64,000 nt of DNA from Raillietiella orientalis (taxonomy: Eukaryota): assembly GCA_036172245.1 (NCBI GenBank), contig JAYWIR010000001.1, positions 1,488,001 through 1,552,000 of the forward strand. Direction: 5' to 3'. A model generated the notes under the pieces. The model was not told the DNA's origin and did not search any database. It saw only the letters and a list, made by a program, of their open reading frames with translations. Position numbers and translations under genes: made by a program. Below, piece by piece: positions 11,916 to 22,900 of this stretch (its first letter is position 1; each line of letters opens with the position of its first letter).

Positions 11916-12969
11916 CAAGAGACTGGGTGAAGCTTCGCTTGCCGACTTCTGCTACTTTCACTGCAGCAATGTCGACCGAAAACTCTTCTTCGCCGCCCTG
12001 AGCTCCAAAAGTCTTTGCATCAAGTTTGTCTCTGGCCCCAGAATCATCGACGGGCTTCCCTCCTCTTGGGTGATCACCACCTTCTTTCATCAGGGGACTG
12101 AGTGTGGCGGTGCGCTCACTAGCTTCTCTTGCCAGCCGCTCCCTCTGGCTCTCTCCTGTCTCGTGGTTTTGGTAGAGACGGCGACTACACTTCCAGGATC
12201 GTTCCCTCCACCCGATTAGCAGCCAGCAGGTACCATCCCTGCAAACCATCGCTCTTCCCAACCCCCTTGAGGTACTCGGGACGTCTTTGTCCATCGACAG
12301 CAGAATAGCGAACTTCCTCAGTTGCCTTCCTCGAGTTCCTTCCTCAGGGTTCACCGCGGCACTGGCACGCGAGATGCCATCTCGATGTGTGTAGCTGCCT
12401 TCGATCCACCTCTGCCACTCAGTCATCTCCGGAAGCGAGTCGGCTGATGCCCGCATTCCACTTCGCGCCATGTCGATGACGCGTCGAGAGACGCGCGGTT
12501 TCCAATGCGTTTCGAGGACAAACCCGAAGAAAGGAGGAAAATAAGGGAAGGGAAGGGGAGGAGGAAGAAAGGGGAGAAATGCCCAGTGGACTTACTCTAG
12601 TGACTACAGCGTGCAGTGCTCAGTGATCGGTAGCAGCGCCAATCCACGATTCCACAGGAGGCTTCCAAGCAGCCTGAAGCAGCGGCAGTTACCGAAAGAA
12701 CGAGTTACCGAAAGGCAAGTTCTTGAAGACTGGAGAAGGGACATGAAGCAGAGGGGATTCATCTGCTGCCGCCGAGGTTGCCAAGTAGTCCCGTGCACGG
12801 TTTCCATGCCCACAGTCCTGCCCGTAATTCAGGGAAGCCCCAGCTGTATAGAACAGAGGAGTGCGTCCTGCGAGAATTGCAGTTTCGAAGCTCGACGAAT
12901 GAACTGCTCCTTCGTTGTCTCTTTGGCAACAAGTTATGGGGATCCAAGGCAACTGCTAACACTTTTGTA

Positions 12970-13110
12970 TCCCTTTCTCCTCCTCCTCCTCCCTTTCGTC
13001 TCCAAGTCTTCCCTTCTTCTTCTTCCTCCTTACCTCCTCTTCTTCAATTCCTTCTCTCTTCTTCCCTCCCTCTTCCTCTTCCCTTCCTCCTTCTTCCTCC
13101 ACCTCTTGCA
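12970..13110 (+). repeat. Polypyrimidine tract
   Basis: TCC/TTC-rich stretch within the LINE fossil. Confidence 0.9.
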
Positions 13111-14449
13111 CTCCATTGCCCTTACAAAGGAGTTCGTGCGGTGTTCCCACGGGCTGTTCATCGACTGGTGCTGCTTCCCACACGGGAATGCGAGGTGTGA
13201 AGGAGGAGCGGTCCCACCAAGTCCGCGGTGTCACCCCACGGACGTGACGGCGCTAAACGTTACTGCCTTCTGTCATTCTTCGAGCTGCTCCAGCGCTTTC
13301 GCCTTCCTCATCGGCAAGTCAGAACGCACAGACCTTCGTGCACTCTAGGGCGGTCGGGACTGCTGCTGCTGCTGGCCTCACCTGGGGAGCAAACTGCTCT
13401 TTTTGAAGCGGGGTTCTCACCTAGGGGAGCGCTGCAGTCGAGGTCTGAATCTGTTCAAAGAACCGGCTGTTGCTGTCGGTTTCAGCCGTCTTCGGCGACA
13501 GAAAAAGGGGGCGAAATCCGCTACCGACCAACTCGTTCTAGCTGATGCAGCCCTGGAAAGTTGGCGTAACCAAGAGACGACGAGGACCACACGACCTTCG
13601 GACAAGCCCTGGCGCCGGGACAAACACCGGGAAAGCCGGCCCGACCGGCCCTCGGCGGGAGTGAGCAGCCCCAGGGTTCGTCCGTTCTCGTTTCGTCCCG
13701 CGAAAGGACACCGCGGTGTCCTTCGTCAGCTGCTACACATTCCAGCAGGAACGGGCGCGACTTCCCCCCCAGCCGCTCCCAGCGACCGGCGTTCCGTCAC
13801 CGGCATTCCGCCGGGTGGATCCATCCGCCTCCCTGCAGCCGGCTGGACTTCGACATCGACCGCAATTGCATTCCAGGAAAATCCCACATCGGACTTTGGA
13901 CTTCCCTTCGGGCGCAGCTTTCCTGGGTTCGCGCACTCCCGAAGCCCGGCCAGGGCGGTACGACTGCTTCCTTCCCGCCCCAAATCCAGGACCTCTTCAT
14001 CCCCGCGGGGGTGTCGATTTCATGGTGTTGCCCACTCGGCGCCATCGTTCCCCACGCGAGCGCCCCTTGCCTGGGGAAGTCGCTCGTCTCGTGGGAGCCC
14101 CAGAGCTTCTGCTTGAACCGCTCGCATACCGATCTTCTACCTTCCAGAGGTCCCTGAGGCACCCGGCTGTGGGGCACGGGGAGGAAGGAAAGCTCAAGCC
14201 ACGGCGTTCTCTCGTCCACGGCGCTCGCATGAGTTTCCAGCACCCTCTAGGAGAGCCGTTTCGCCTCCGTCCTCGGGATCGGTCCCTTCTTTCTCTCCCG
14301 TCCAGAACATGAGACGGCACCTGCCACCATCCCTGCAGGACTTCTTTCTGCCGTCCCTCTAGGGAACCACGCCTTTTTCTTTTTTCCCACCTTGCTCTCT
14401 CGTTTCTTGGCTAACCCTCTCCGCTCCAGACTCGTTGGAGTCTTCGGGT

Positions 14450-14565
14450 TCTTACCGCCTTCCTCTTCCTCCCCTTTTGCTCCTCCTCCTCCCTCCTTCC
14501 TTCCTCTCTTCCTCCTCCTCCCTCCTCCTGCTCTTCTTCCTTTCCTCGTTCTCTTCCTCCCTTCC
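14450..14565 (+). repeat. Polypyrimidine tract
   Basis: TCC-rich stretch within the LINE fossil. Confidence 0.9.
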
Positions 14566-14939
14566 TGAGGATCAGCAGCAACCTCTGATAGATGAAAGGC
14601 ATATGGAGAGAGTGCGCTAAACTGTAGCCTGTTTGCCTCCAGTCCGCGTTACCATGGCACCCCCACTTCACCGTGGACTTGACCATACATGGCCGCCGGG
14701 CCGAGCAGACCCCATCTCTCATGACCAGGGCTTTCCTAAGCTCCTGTGGAGCCATTCTAGCTGGATTCCCTTCCTCTCTTCCCGCGGGCAGCCCCTCGAT
14801 GGCCTCGGGCTCTTCCCATGGGTGCGCTTCCTTCGTCCGTTCCCCCCATCCCCTCACCCCTTTCCGTGGGTGGGAGGGGACGAAGACGCGGGAGTCGCTC
14901 GCGGCAGATGGACCTCCGCGGGCGGGCGGAGCGCTCACT

Positions 14940-15130
14940 GCTGTGACGTCAAGCGCGGCGGAGCACGTCGCCAGCGCGGGAGCTCTCAGCCGGGAGCTCG
15001 CTCGGCCCGCCCGCGTCCGGTCTCTCTGAGCGGCTCCTCCCACAGCGACCAATCGTCAGCCGGAACGTCACGGCCGGAGCCGGTCCGCGTCGGGCCGTGC
15101 TAGCGGGGGAGCCGGCGAGCGTCAGTCGCT
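14940..15130 (+). promoter_or_regulatory. Candidate CpG-rich core promoter of the Six gene
   Basis: Palindromic CRE TGACGTCA 14944-14951, CCAAT 15049-15053 and arthropod-type initiator TCAGTC 15122-15127, all upstream of ATG 15334. Confidence 0.35.
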
Positions 15131-15167
15131 GCGGTGCCGTCGGCGCGGTGGACTCGCGAGGGTGCGC

Positions 15168-15176
<9 letters not shown>

Positions 15177-15210
<34 letters not shown>
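15177..15210 (+). repeat. (GAC/ACG)n microsatellite in probable 5' UTR
   Basis: About 11 perfect ACG units. Confidence 0.9.
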
Positions 15211-15212
<2 letters not shown>

Positions 15213-15333
15213 GACAGTGACAGTGCTGCCTCAGCAGCAGCAGTCGCGCGCTAAGGGAGGCCGACCGCCTCCCGAGGTCCGCCCGGCGCGGTTCTCTTTC
15301 CCGCCCGCGCTCACGGCGCCGCGGTGCGTCGCG

Positions 15334-15929
15334 ATGGCTCTGCCGCCCCTGGCGTTCCCCGCTCCCAGCGAGTCCGGGGACGTCACCGAGCTGACTCTGG
15401 AGCAGGCGCAGTGCGTCATTGGCGTGCTGCTGCGCGAGAAGAAGATCCGGAAGCTGCGCAGCTTCTACCAGTCGGAGGTGGCACCAGCGAAGCCGCGGTG
15501 GCCGGCGCAGGCGCAAGCGCACGAGGACGTGGTGGTGGCGGAGGCGGAGATCTGCTACGAAGACGGCAACTACGAGGGCGTGAAGAAGCTGCTGCGCTCG
15601 CGGGAGTTTCCCGCCAGGTACCACCCGCGGCTTCAGTCCATCTGGTTCGACGCCCACTACAAGACGACCGCCAAGCACCGCGGGCGCGACCTGGGAGCTG
15701 TGGACAAGTACCGCGTGCGCAAGAAGTTCCCGCCCCCACGCACCATCTGGGACGGGGAGGGCACCATGTACACCTTCAAGGACAAGGCGCGCAACGTCCT
15801 CAAGGACTTCTACAACCGCAACAAGTACCCCACCCAGGAGGACAAGAAGCAGCTGCAGAATGCCACGGGGCTGAGCATCACGCAGATCAGCAATTGGTTC
15901 AAGAACCGCCGCCAGAGGGACAGGACGCC

Positions 15930-15963
<34 letters not shown>

Positions 15964-15965
15964 GG
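15334..15965 (+). CDS. Six4: SIX-family homeobox transcription factor, Six4/5 class, divergent (exon with Six domain and homeodomain)
   Basis: [23 protein letters not shown] followed by a K50 homeodomain ending [23 protein letters not shown] and RDRTP favour Six4/5. Strong GC3 bias. Probable donor GG|GTGAGC at 15966 (unspliced stop at 15967-15969). Subclass is less certain than family. Confidence 0.9.
15931..15960 (+). repeat. (CAG)10 polyglutamine tract directly after the homeodomain
   Basis: Ten perfect CAG codons. Confidence 0.95.
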
Positions 15966-16206
15966 GTGAGCAGGGATGAGGACGGGAGACGCGCCCCATC
16001 TGCCGCCACCGCCGCCTGGCCCCAATTAGCGAGATTTACGGCCAGGTCGCGCGGCCGCTCCGGCAACGCCGGAAGTCGCCGCTATCAATCAGCAGCCCCC
16101 AAATGCTCGCCGGGGAGGAGGACGACCCTTCGTAGCAACCCCCGCTGACCATCCCCCGATTTCCGGCACGCCTTCCCTTCGCTCTCCCCAGCGGATGCGC
16201 CTCCCC

Positions 16207-16344
16207 GAGCTTCCAGTGGCGCCATCTTGGCGCGGGAAGGCGCCGGAATATGTGGGAGGGGAGGAAACCCCGTCGCTTCACTGCCCACTCCCAGCTCTGG
16301 CCCGCCGTCCCCCCCTACGGGAGCTTCCAGCGGCGCCATCTTGG
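16207..16344 (+). promoter_or_regulatory. Duplicated 24-bp motif containing a YY1/Pho consensus site
   Basis: gagcttccag(t/c)ggcgccatcttgg at 16207-16230 and 16321-16344. CGCCATCTT fits YY1 CGCCATnTT. Confidence 0.4.
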
Positions 16345-17739
16345 GGAGACAAGGCAGCTGCCCTCGGGCGCGCGCGCTTACCCGCTGCTCTGCGCTGACC
16401 GCGAGATTCGAACGGGAGAGGAAGTCTCGCCTCCTCCTCCTCCCGAAAGGACCCTTTCGGCAGCCACGTGCGCGGCGGCGGCTCCCACGCAGACGAGAGC
16501 ACGCGCGCCGCCCCTTCGGCGACCGGAAGAGGGGCGCGAGAGCTCGCCCCGTGGGCGGCTGGCAGGTCCCCCCCCCCCCGCCCACAGCAGCTCGTCGGTT
16601 GCCTTCGCAACGGCCGTGCGGGATGCGGCGACGACGGGGTGCTGCCCCCTCCTTCCCCCGGAGTTTCGCGCTCTCTCCCCCTTCTCCTCCCGTCCCTTCC
16701 GCCGGCGGGTTCCCTCGCGACCCGGCCTCGGGGGCTCGCGCGACGCCTGCGGGCGTCCCGTAATGGGAAATTCGAGTCGGCGGCGCGGCCTCGGCAGGCG
16801 GGCTCTGGGCCCCCGACGGCCAAAGTCCGGCCGAGCGTCAGGATGGCCGCCGCCGACGCGGAGCAGCAAAGGCGGCAGCGGTGAGGCCTGCAGGCGCGTC
16901 TTCGCCTCGGGGCATCTCGCCTGAGTCACTCCCTGTCGGACTGGGTGGGGGTCCTCGCCCGCAAGGACGAATACCCGAAATTCGAGCTCACGGCCCTCGG
17001 ATGAAGGGAAGCGGAATGCTCTGGGGAACGCCGGGAAGCGCGCCTCCCTCGACCCTTCGCTTTCCACCCCCCCTCCTCCCTCCTTCCTTGATTTCCGACC
17101 CGCCTTTCTGACCGGGGCTCCCCCCTGAGTTTTCCCGGTGGGAAGGCGCCACGAGAGGCACCGGTCGCGCAGAAGGCAGACCGCGCGCCCTCTGACGAGT
17201 GAGCCGGGGGCCGGTTTGTCTCCCTGCCACCGCCGGCCCCCTCTCGGAAAACCCGTGAGGGGAGGGAGGAAGGGGGGATCCGCGAAACGGCCTTGAAACG
17301 ACCTTGAAAGCACGGTGGTTTGCTTCGGTGCCCTCACGGGTGATCCGTGGTGTATGAACGGAGGTGTCCTTGGACCCACCCGGGGCCGGGACGCGCCGCA
17401 TGAGCTGCTCGAAAGAAGGTCAGATCCAGGGGGACTCCGGAAGGCTTCGACGGCCTTTCCCGCGAACGGGCTCACTCCCGGCGAGTCGGCCGGGACACAG
17501 CCCGCGCACTTCCGGGAAGCGCAGGATCCGGCGAAGGCACAGACGTCGCGTGGCCGCGCCCACGACCTCCCCCCCTCTCCCGTCTTGGCGAGTTCCCCCT
17601 CCCTCTTCTCTCCCCACCCGACGCTGGGACCCCGGACATGTGCCTTCCGGAAGTCGGCGGGAAAAGTGGCCGAGTGCGTGGACCGCAAGGGGTCGGGCGG
17701 GGAGCGTCTGGGGGCCAGTTCCGCTCTAGGAATGGCTCC

Positions 17740-18040
17740 GGAGGAAGGAGTCCTCTTGCGCTCGGGAGGGGAACCCTGCCCCCTTCCCCCGGAGGAGGTC
17801 ACTCCCCCCTCGCATCTCCTCTGGAGAGAACCCGGAAGGAACGATCGGCTCCTCGTTTCCCCCTCCGAAGGGTCGCTCTCCTAAGGGAGCAGCACGCTCC
17901 TTGCACTCTGGTTGATGCCCCCGAGAGGGGCATCAACCAGATCCACGGCACGCGATGGAGGGTCCATTTGCACATCCGGAGGACGGACCCCGAAGGGCTC
18001 CCTGATTCCCGGAAGCTCCCAACCCTGGTCAACCGGCGTC
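17740..18040 (-). repeat. Interspersed repeat family X, copy 4 (inverted)
   Basis: Reverse complement cttccgggaatcagggagcccttcggggtcc..ccggatgtgcaaatgga..ccgtggatctggttgatgccc aligns with 4224-4305. Confidence 0.75.
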
Positions 18041-18089
18041 ATCTTGCGAGGGGAACTTGTGAAGTCCGCGACGCACCCTCCTGCCCTTC

Positions 18090-18175
18090 CCCCCGTTCTC
18101 GGAGTCTTCGCCCCTTGCGGGATTCGAACCTGCCACGCGTGGTGCCACGCCGTCGGAGGCCGCAGCCTTCCAGAG
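18090..18175 (-). mobile_element. tRNA-derived SINE-like head, copy 2
   Basis: Minus strand ctgcggcctcc..gcgtg..caggttcgaatcccg carries a B-box and resembles copies 1 and 3. Confidence 0.45.
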
Positions 18176-18903
18176 CGTGGACCGGCTCCGCCTTCGTGCT
18201 GGTCGTCTCGATCTTTTCTCCCTCCGAGTCCGTCCGCCGAAGATCAGCCAGGGATCGCATGATGGAATGAAAGAGGATCCCGGCTTCCGTTGCCCGGGCG
18301 ACGGGATGCCGCCACCTTGCTGGTGAGGCGGTGCCAAACGCGGACGGCAGTCTGTCTGTCTTTCGGTTTGCCCGTGGCTTCCTCCCGCGGCAGGCGAAGC
18401 CTCTCGCGGACCGGAAGAGGTGGCGTGCTACAGGCAGCGAGTGGTGGTGCGACGTCGAAAGTCTCAGGTGCTCGTCAGTCCCGTGCAGCGGAAGATGCGG
18501 AAAGGATGGGAAAAGAAGCCGCTGGAGCGCGAGGAACCGACTGCCGCGAATTTTGCGTGTCCTTGCCTGGTCATTGCTTGGCCACCAGTGAATCTCTCCC
18601 TCCCTCCCCCCTCCCCAAGCGTAGAGTCCGCCTTCCTGCCCATCGGGCCGGAGTTAGTCCGTGTGCGTGACCTCAAGGCGTCTTCCGGGGATTCTGAAAC
18701 CCAACACCAAGAGTGCATGTTCGCCCGGAAGCCACCTGTCTTTCCTTCCTGCTTTCTTCCGTTTCTTGCGCACAAGCAAACATCGATCTCAGTCTGCCGT
18801 GAGGTTTCACTCCACGCTCATGTGACTGCGTGACCTCAAACCACCCAAGAGTGTAGGCGTTCGTTGCCGGGATCAAAAGTTGCGTGTGGACCGAGAAGAG
18901 TCC

Positions 18904-18991
18904 GTGCCGCGTCCGAGCCTCAGTGCACGTGCCGCATGCTAGTGTGGGTGCCGCGTCCGAGCCTCAGTGCACGTGCCGCATGCTAGTGTGG
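18904..18991. repeat. Perfect 44-bp tandem duplication
   Basis: gtgccgcgtccgagcctcagtgcacgtgccgcatgctagtgtgg x2 (18904-18947, 18948-18991). Confidence 0.95.
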
Positions 18992-19950
18992 CTGGAGAGT
19001 GTGGGCGTCTCTTCTGCTAAGCCACTCTGGTGTTTCAGGTGACTGCCGGTAGAAACCCACGCAAATGCGCAGCGCCAGCGCGTCTGCCTGGGTCAAGAGA
19101 AAGTGAAAGTTCAGTGTTCTCTATTTTGAGAGGCGGCGGCCATCGAAGTGAGCCGGTGGCTGAAAGCCAAAGCTACCCACCCGTTCATCTGACCTCGATC
19201 TCCCGCTTTGCGACCGGACAGTCAGGAAACCGACTGAACGAACTCCTCCTTCCCGTCCGGGAACCATGCGGCTCCCCTTTCATTTCCTGCGAGCTCACCA
19301 ACTCTGCAAGACGAGAGGAAACGCGGAAGGCAGCCTGAGAGAGACAACGCGCGCCTTCGTTGGGATCAGGAAGGAACGGCGCGCGTCCCTTCGCCGGACG
19401 AACGTCCCGTCGCGCCCGCTGCATCTTCAGCTTTCGCATCAGGTCCTGTGCGTCACCACAGTCCAGATCGCTTGCGGCGGGGAAATTGCGACGCTCTCTC
19501 GACGTACGAATCGCTGACGGAGCGCGCATCCAGAGTTCCTCCTCCTCTGCTCCTTCCTGAGAAAAAAGCGTACCAGCTTGTGGTCTTTGCTGCCCCCCGT
19601 GGCAATCGAATGGCTCCTCGAATTCGTTGGCCAGCATGGGAGAAGGAGGAGTCGAACGACACGCACGGGGAGTCCCCACGGAAACGCGAGGATAGCGAAC
19701 CTCTACGCCGTCGCCCGTGGTGTCCGTGGTCAGCGAACCCATCCGCGGCGAACCCTGCAAAGGGGGTGCGCCTCTCTGAATCCACGAGAGGATGCGGACG
19801 TGCCGGGAACTCCTCGTTTCTTGCAGCTGCCGCCCGCCTTCCTCCTCATCTTCCGGGCACATTACGTGTTTTTTGTCGTACAGAGTGGGCCGCCGTCGCC
19901 GACGGTGTGTCGGCGGCGGCCCGCCGAATCGGACGTACCTTGTCGTACAG

Positions 19951-19999
19951 AGTCGAGAGCTGTGATAAGATTGGATTCGTCAATGCCATCGTGAACTGA
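19951..19999 (+). CDS. Putative terminal coding exon of the Six gene (G-VESCDKIGFVNAIVN*)
   Basis: Acceptor ccttgtcgtacag is phase-compatible with the phase-2 donor at 15966 and is followed by a T-rich UTR-like region. No homology support. Confidence 0.3.
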
Positions 20000-22900
20000 A
20001 CATCATTACAAGGCGAAAGCCTTTTCGGAACTCCATGAGAGCTCCCATGCGAAGGAGTTTTTCAATGGCATTTATTGTGATCCGCGCTTTCCGCTTTTTT
20101 TTTTCTTCTTCTTTTTTTTCATTTATTTTGTAGCAGTGTGTATTTAAACGGCTACCTGTATTGTTTTTTTGTGTGTGTGTGTTTGTAGGGTTTGTCCATC
20201 TCCATCACTGTTATCCAGAATCGCTTCTTACGTAAACGAAGATAAATGTGCCGACGGGATGTCGTCATACTTCCATCCATCATTTGATAGTTGCCACAGA
20301 TGGGATAATCCATTTTCCGCATCTTTCTTGACATGAGTCCAATGAGTCTGCGTGGGCGTATTGGAAGGAAGGAAGAACCCGGCGCCGCCTGCCGCCACGC
20401 ACTTCGTTTGTGCCTTGGACGCACGAGAGGGATCCCCAGGAAGATGCGCGCGTGCCCTCGGTTTGTTTGCGGTGCGGGTGAAGCGAGTGAAGCTTTTGTT
20501 ATCCGAATGAGTTGGTTGACGTGCTCAAAGAACCGTAGTCGTTCGAATTCGAGGGATTCCACGCATCACCCCACGCACTTGTGGTGGACGAAGATGGGGA
20601 GAGGGACACGCCCTGGAGGGAATAAATGAGGAGAAATTCAACGAACCCCATGGTCAGCAGATTTTGCGGGTCCTCCTCCCCCGCGTCGCGGAGTTTTGCA
20701 CGGAAGCGGACTCCATCCATCCAGTTGACCGGTTTTTTCCGTCTTTGGTCAGTGTCCAGGCTAGAGGATCTCGCGTCCACAATAAATTGTGTATGGAAGA
20801 CCCAGCGCGCAGCGGTCAAAGGCAACAACGGAATGGACAGAAGTAGGTGGAAGCCTGCACCGATCGGAAACGCCTACTGAGCGTGGGTGTAAATGACGCG
20901 TGGCGAGATGCGCACGCCCAGTGGCGGGAAAACGGAGCCAACGTGTCCTTGTTAACTCCGTGCCTCAAAAACAAAGTGCCCAAGTTGACTACACTTTGAC
21001 CTCTGGGAACGGTTTCTCCGAAAGAGAACCGCATGTTAAATGTTTTCTTCGCGCTAATGAGTGATTCGTATGCCCGCCCTGAGGCCCCGTTTCCGTACGT
21101 TGTGAAACAGAATCTTCCCCGCGACTGCCCTTCGCAGGCAGCGAAGGATTTCTGGGCTGCACCTGGGGAAAGTCGCGCGTTTTCTCGCCGTGCCGGAGGA
21201 AAAGTCTGTCCGGGAACGCGCGGCCGGCTCTCTGTGGACTTCGGAAGTTTCTCAGCGCGCGGAAAACGCACGCAGAGATTCCTCGAGGAAGACCCCGGCC
21301 ACTCAGTCGGTTCGCCGGATCCCTCGCAGGGAACGCAGGGAACGCTGCTTCAGCTGGTCTGCAAGGAAGCCCCGGTCAGGTGCCCGTGTGCCCTTCGTGG
21401 GCGGCTTGCCCGCGGGCTTCCGGAGAGGAATGCGAAACGGGGAGTCTTACAAACTCTTCGCCACTTCCCGCCACTTCCCTTGAAACTTGAGGAGTGGCCA
21501 CAGATCTTCAGTTTCGATCACGCTTCCATCTTCCTCGTCAATCGAGGAGGGAGGAAGGAAGGGCATCTTCGTGAGCTCGTGAAGCAGGCGTGGTGCGCAG
21601 GTACAGCTGCTGTACGCATACCGCGTGCAGAACTTTCGGAGGGGAAACGAAGATAAAAAGATGATGCAGCCACCTGCGTTCAGTCCGTGTTTTGCGACAC
21701 TTCCACACTCCGAGTTCCACTTCTCGTCGATTTGCTGTCCAGCACCTCCTGCTTTTCTGCTTCCCGCGCCTGGTCGGGAAGCGCTGCAGACCGCCAGAGG
21801 TTTCCGGGAAGACAACCTTTCTGCTCGGGGCGGACGGTCCGTTGAAACGAGTGGCAGAGTCTCTTCACCACTTCCTTGCAGCTTCGGAACCATCTTGCGG
21901 AACCGCCACCACTTCTGTAATCCAAAAAGAGAAAGAGGAAAAGACACTGTGCGCTTTCCTGACATCGAGGGTTTTCCAGGTTACTGTGGGTCTTTCTTCT
22001 CCACAACGCCGTTCCTTTCTACTCCAATCTTTCCGTTGCAGACTCCATCTTCGATCCTTCGATCCTATATTCGTCATCTCTGAATTTTTCCGTGCTTCCT
22101 GCGGTCCAGTCAGGAAGACCTTACGTTGCCAGTCAGGTCTCGTCCGTCCGCCCTTTTCCTGGTTCCCACCTCCTGGCTCGATGGATGTGGATCCTGGCAG
22201 GAAAACCTCGATCCCACCTCGAGCGATGCGGGTGACCAGCAAGTTGAGGAACGCCTCCAACTGGAGGCGTCCCTCAACCTACCAATCGCTAATGCTACCA
22301 GAGGGATGAAGTTCCGGTTTTGGCTACCGGCTTTGACTTCACCGCGCACGGGAATGTCCGAAAAAAAGTCTGGACAATATTCGTCGTTCGCTGCTTCTCT
22401 CATCTCCGGAGGCGTCGGGTTCCAGGTCAGCTGCAGCCTTTCTTGTCCGTGTGCGGAGAGTCGGATTTTTCAGTTTTGCTTGCTTGTAGATGCAGCGTGA
22501 GGGTCTTGCGCTGCAGCTGGAGCAAATCGAGTCTTCCCAACGGACCAGCTTTGTTTGCACGCTTTGAGCTATGCCGCTGGGGTCAGAGGGATTCCGTAAC
22601 TGGGTGAATCCTGGTGCACCCAGTTTGCAGCGTGAAGGAGCAAAAGAGTTTTTTCGTCTGGACAGCGCCGTCTTCAACTCGAAGATGCAGCTAGACTCCA
22701 AAGGAAGGAGGCAGAGAGAAAGATAGTTCTTATCCTAGTGAGTCGCGAAAGCAGCAGAGGACAGGGACGTTTTCATGGTTACGAATTCAGAAGAGATCCC
22801 ATGTTGGTCTCGCGGGAATCACGCCAACTGGTTCTGTCCTTCCTCGCTCACTGCAGTAGTGCGTCGGGAGGAGCACTTGCGACCGAATGGGTTACCTGAG

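Larger units (their letters stand above)
11300..14850 (-). mobile_element. Near full-length but very decayed L1/Tx1-like ORF2, split by low-complexity insertions
   Basis: Collinear degenerate motifs on the minus strand: PFIYQRLL (SDH-like APE end, about 14590), GKGRSRGERWRRVGNT (NWRPI, about 14050), QSYRPGR (about 13960), RQG-CP (about 13610), VAEDG (YADD-like, about 13495), FKKSSLL, WWDRSSFTPRI, WGFPEL, FVFQRSHG...AVETP (zinc-knuckle region, about 11500-11600). Confidence 0.55.

Noticed and set aside
15097..15333. N-terminal extension of Six with poly-Thr
   Set aside because: Starts at a non-ATG codon and runs through a microsatellite; ATG 15334 just before the Six domain is more plausible.
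15100..15999. 299-aa ORF antisense to the Six exon
   Set aside because: Shadow ORF caused by high GC3 in the real gene.
16378..17802. 474-aa minus-strand ORF
   Set aside because: CpG-island-like composition, no recognisable homology, partly overlaps repeat family X.
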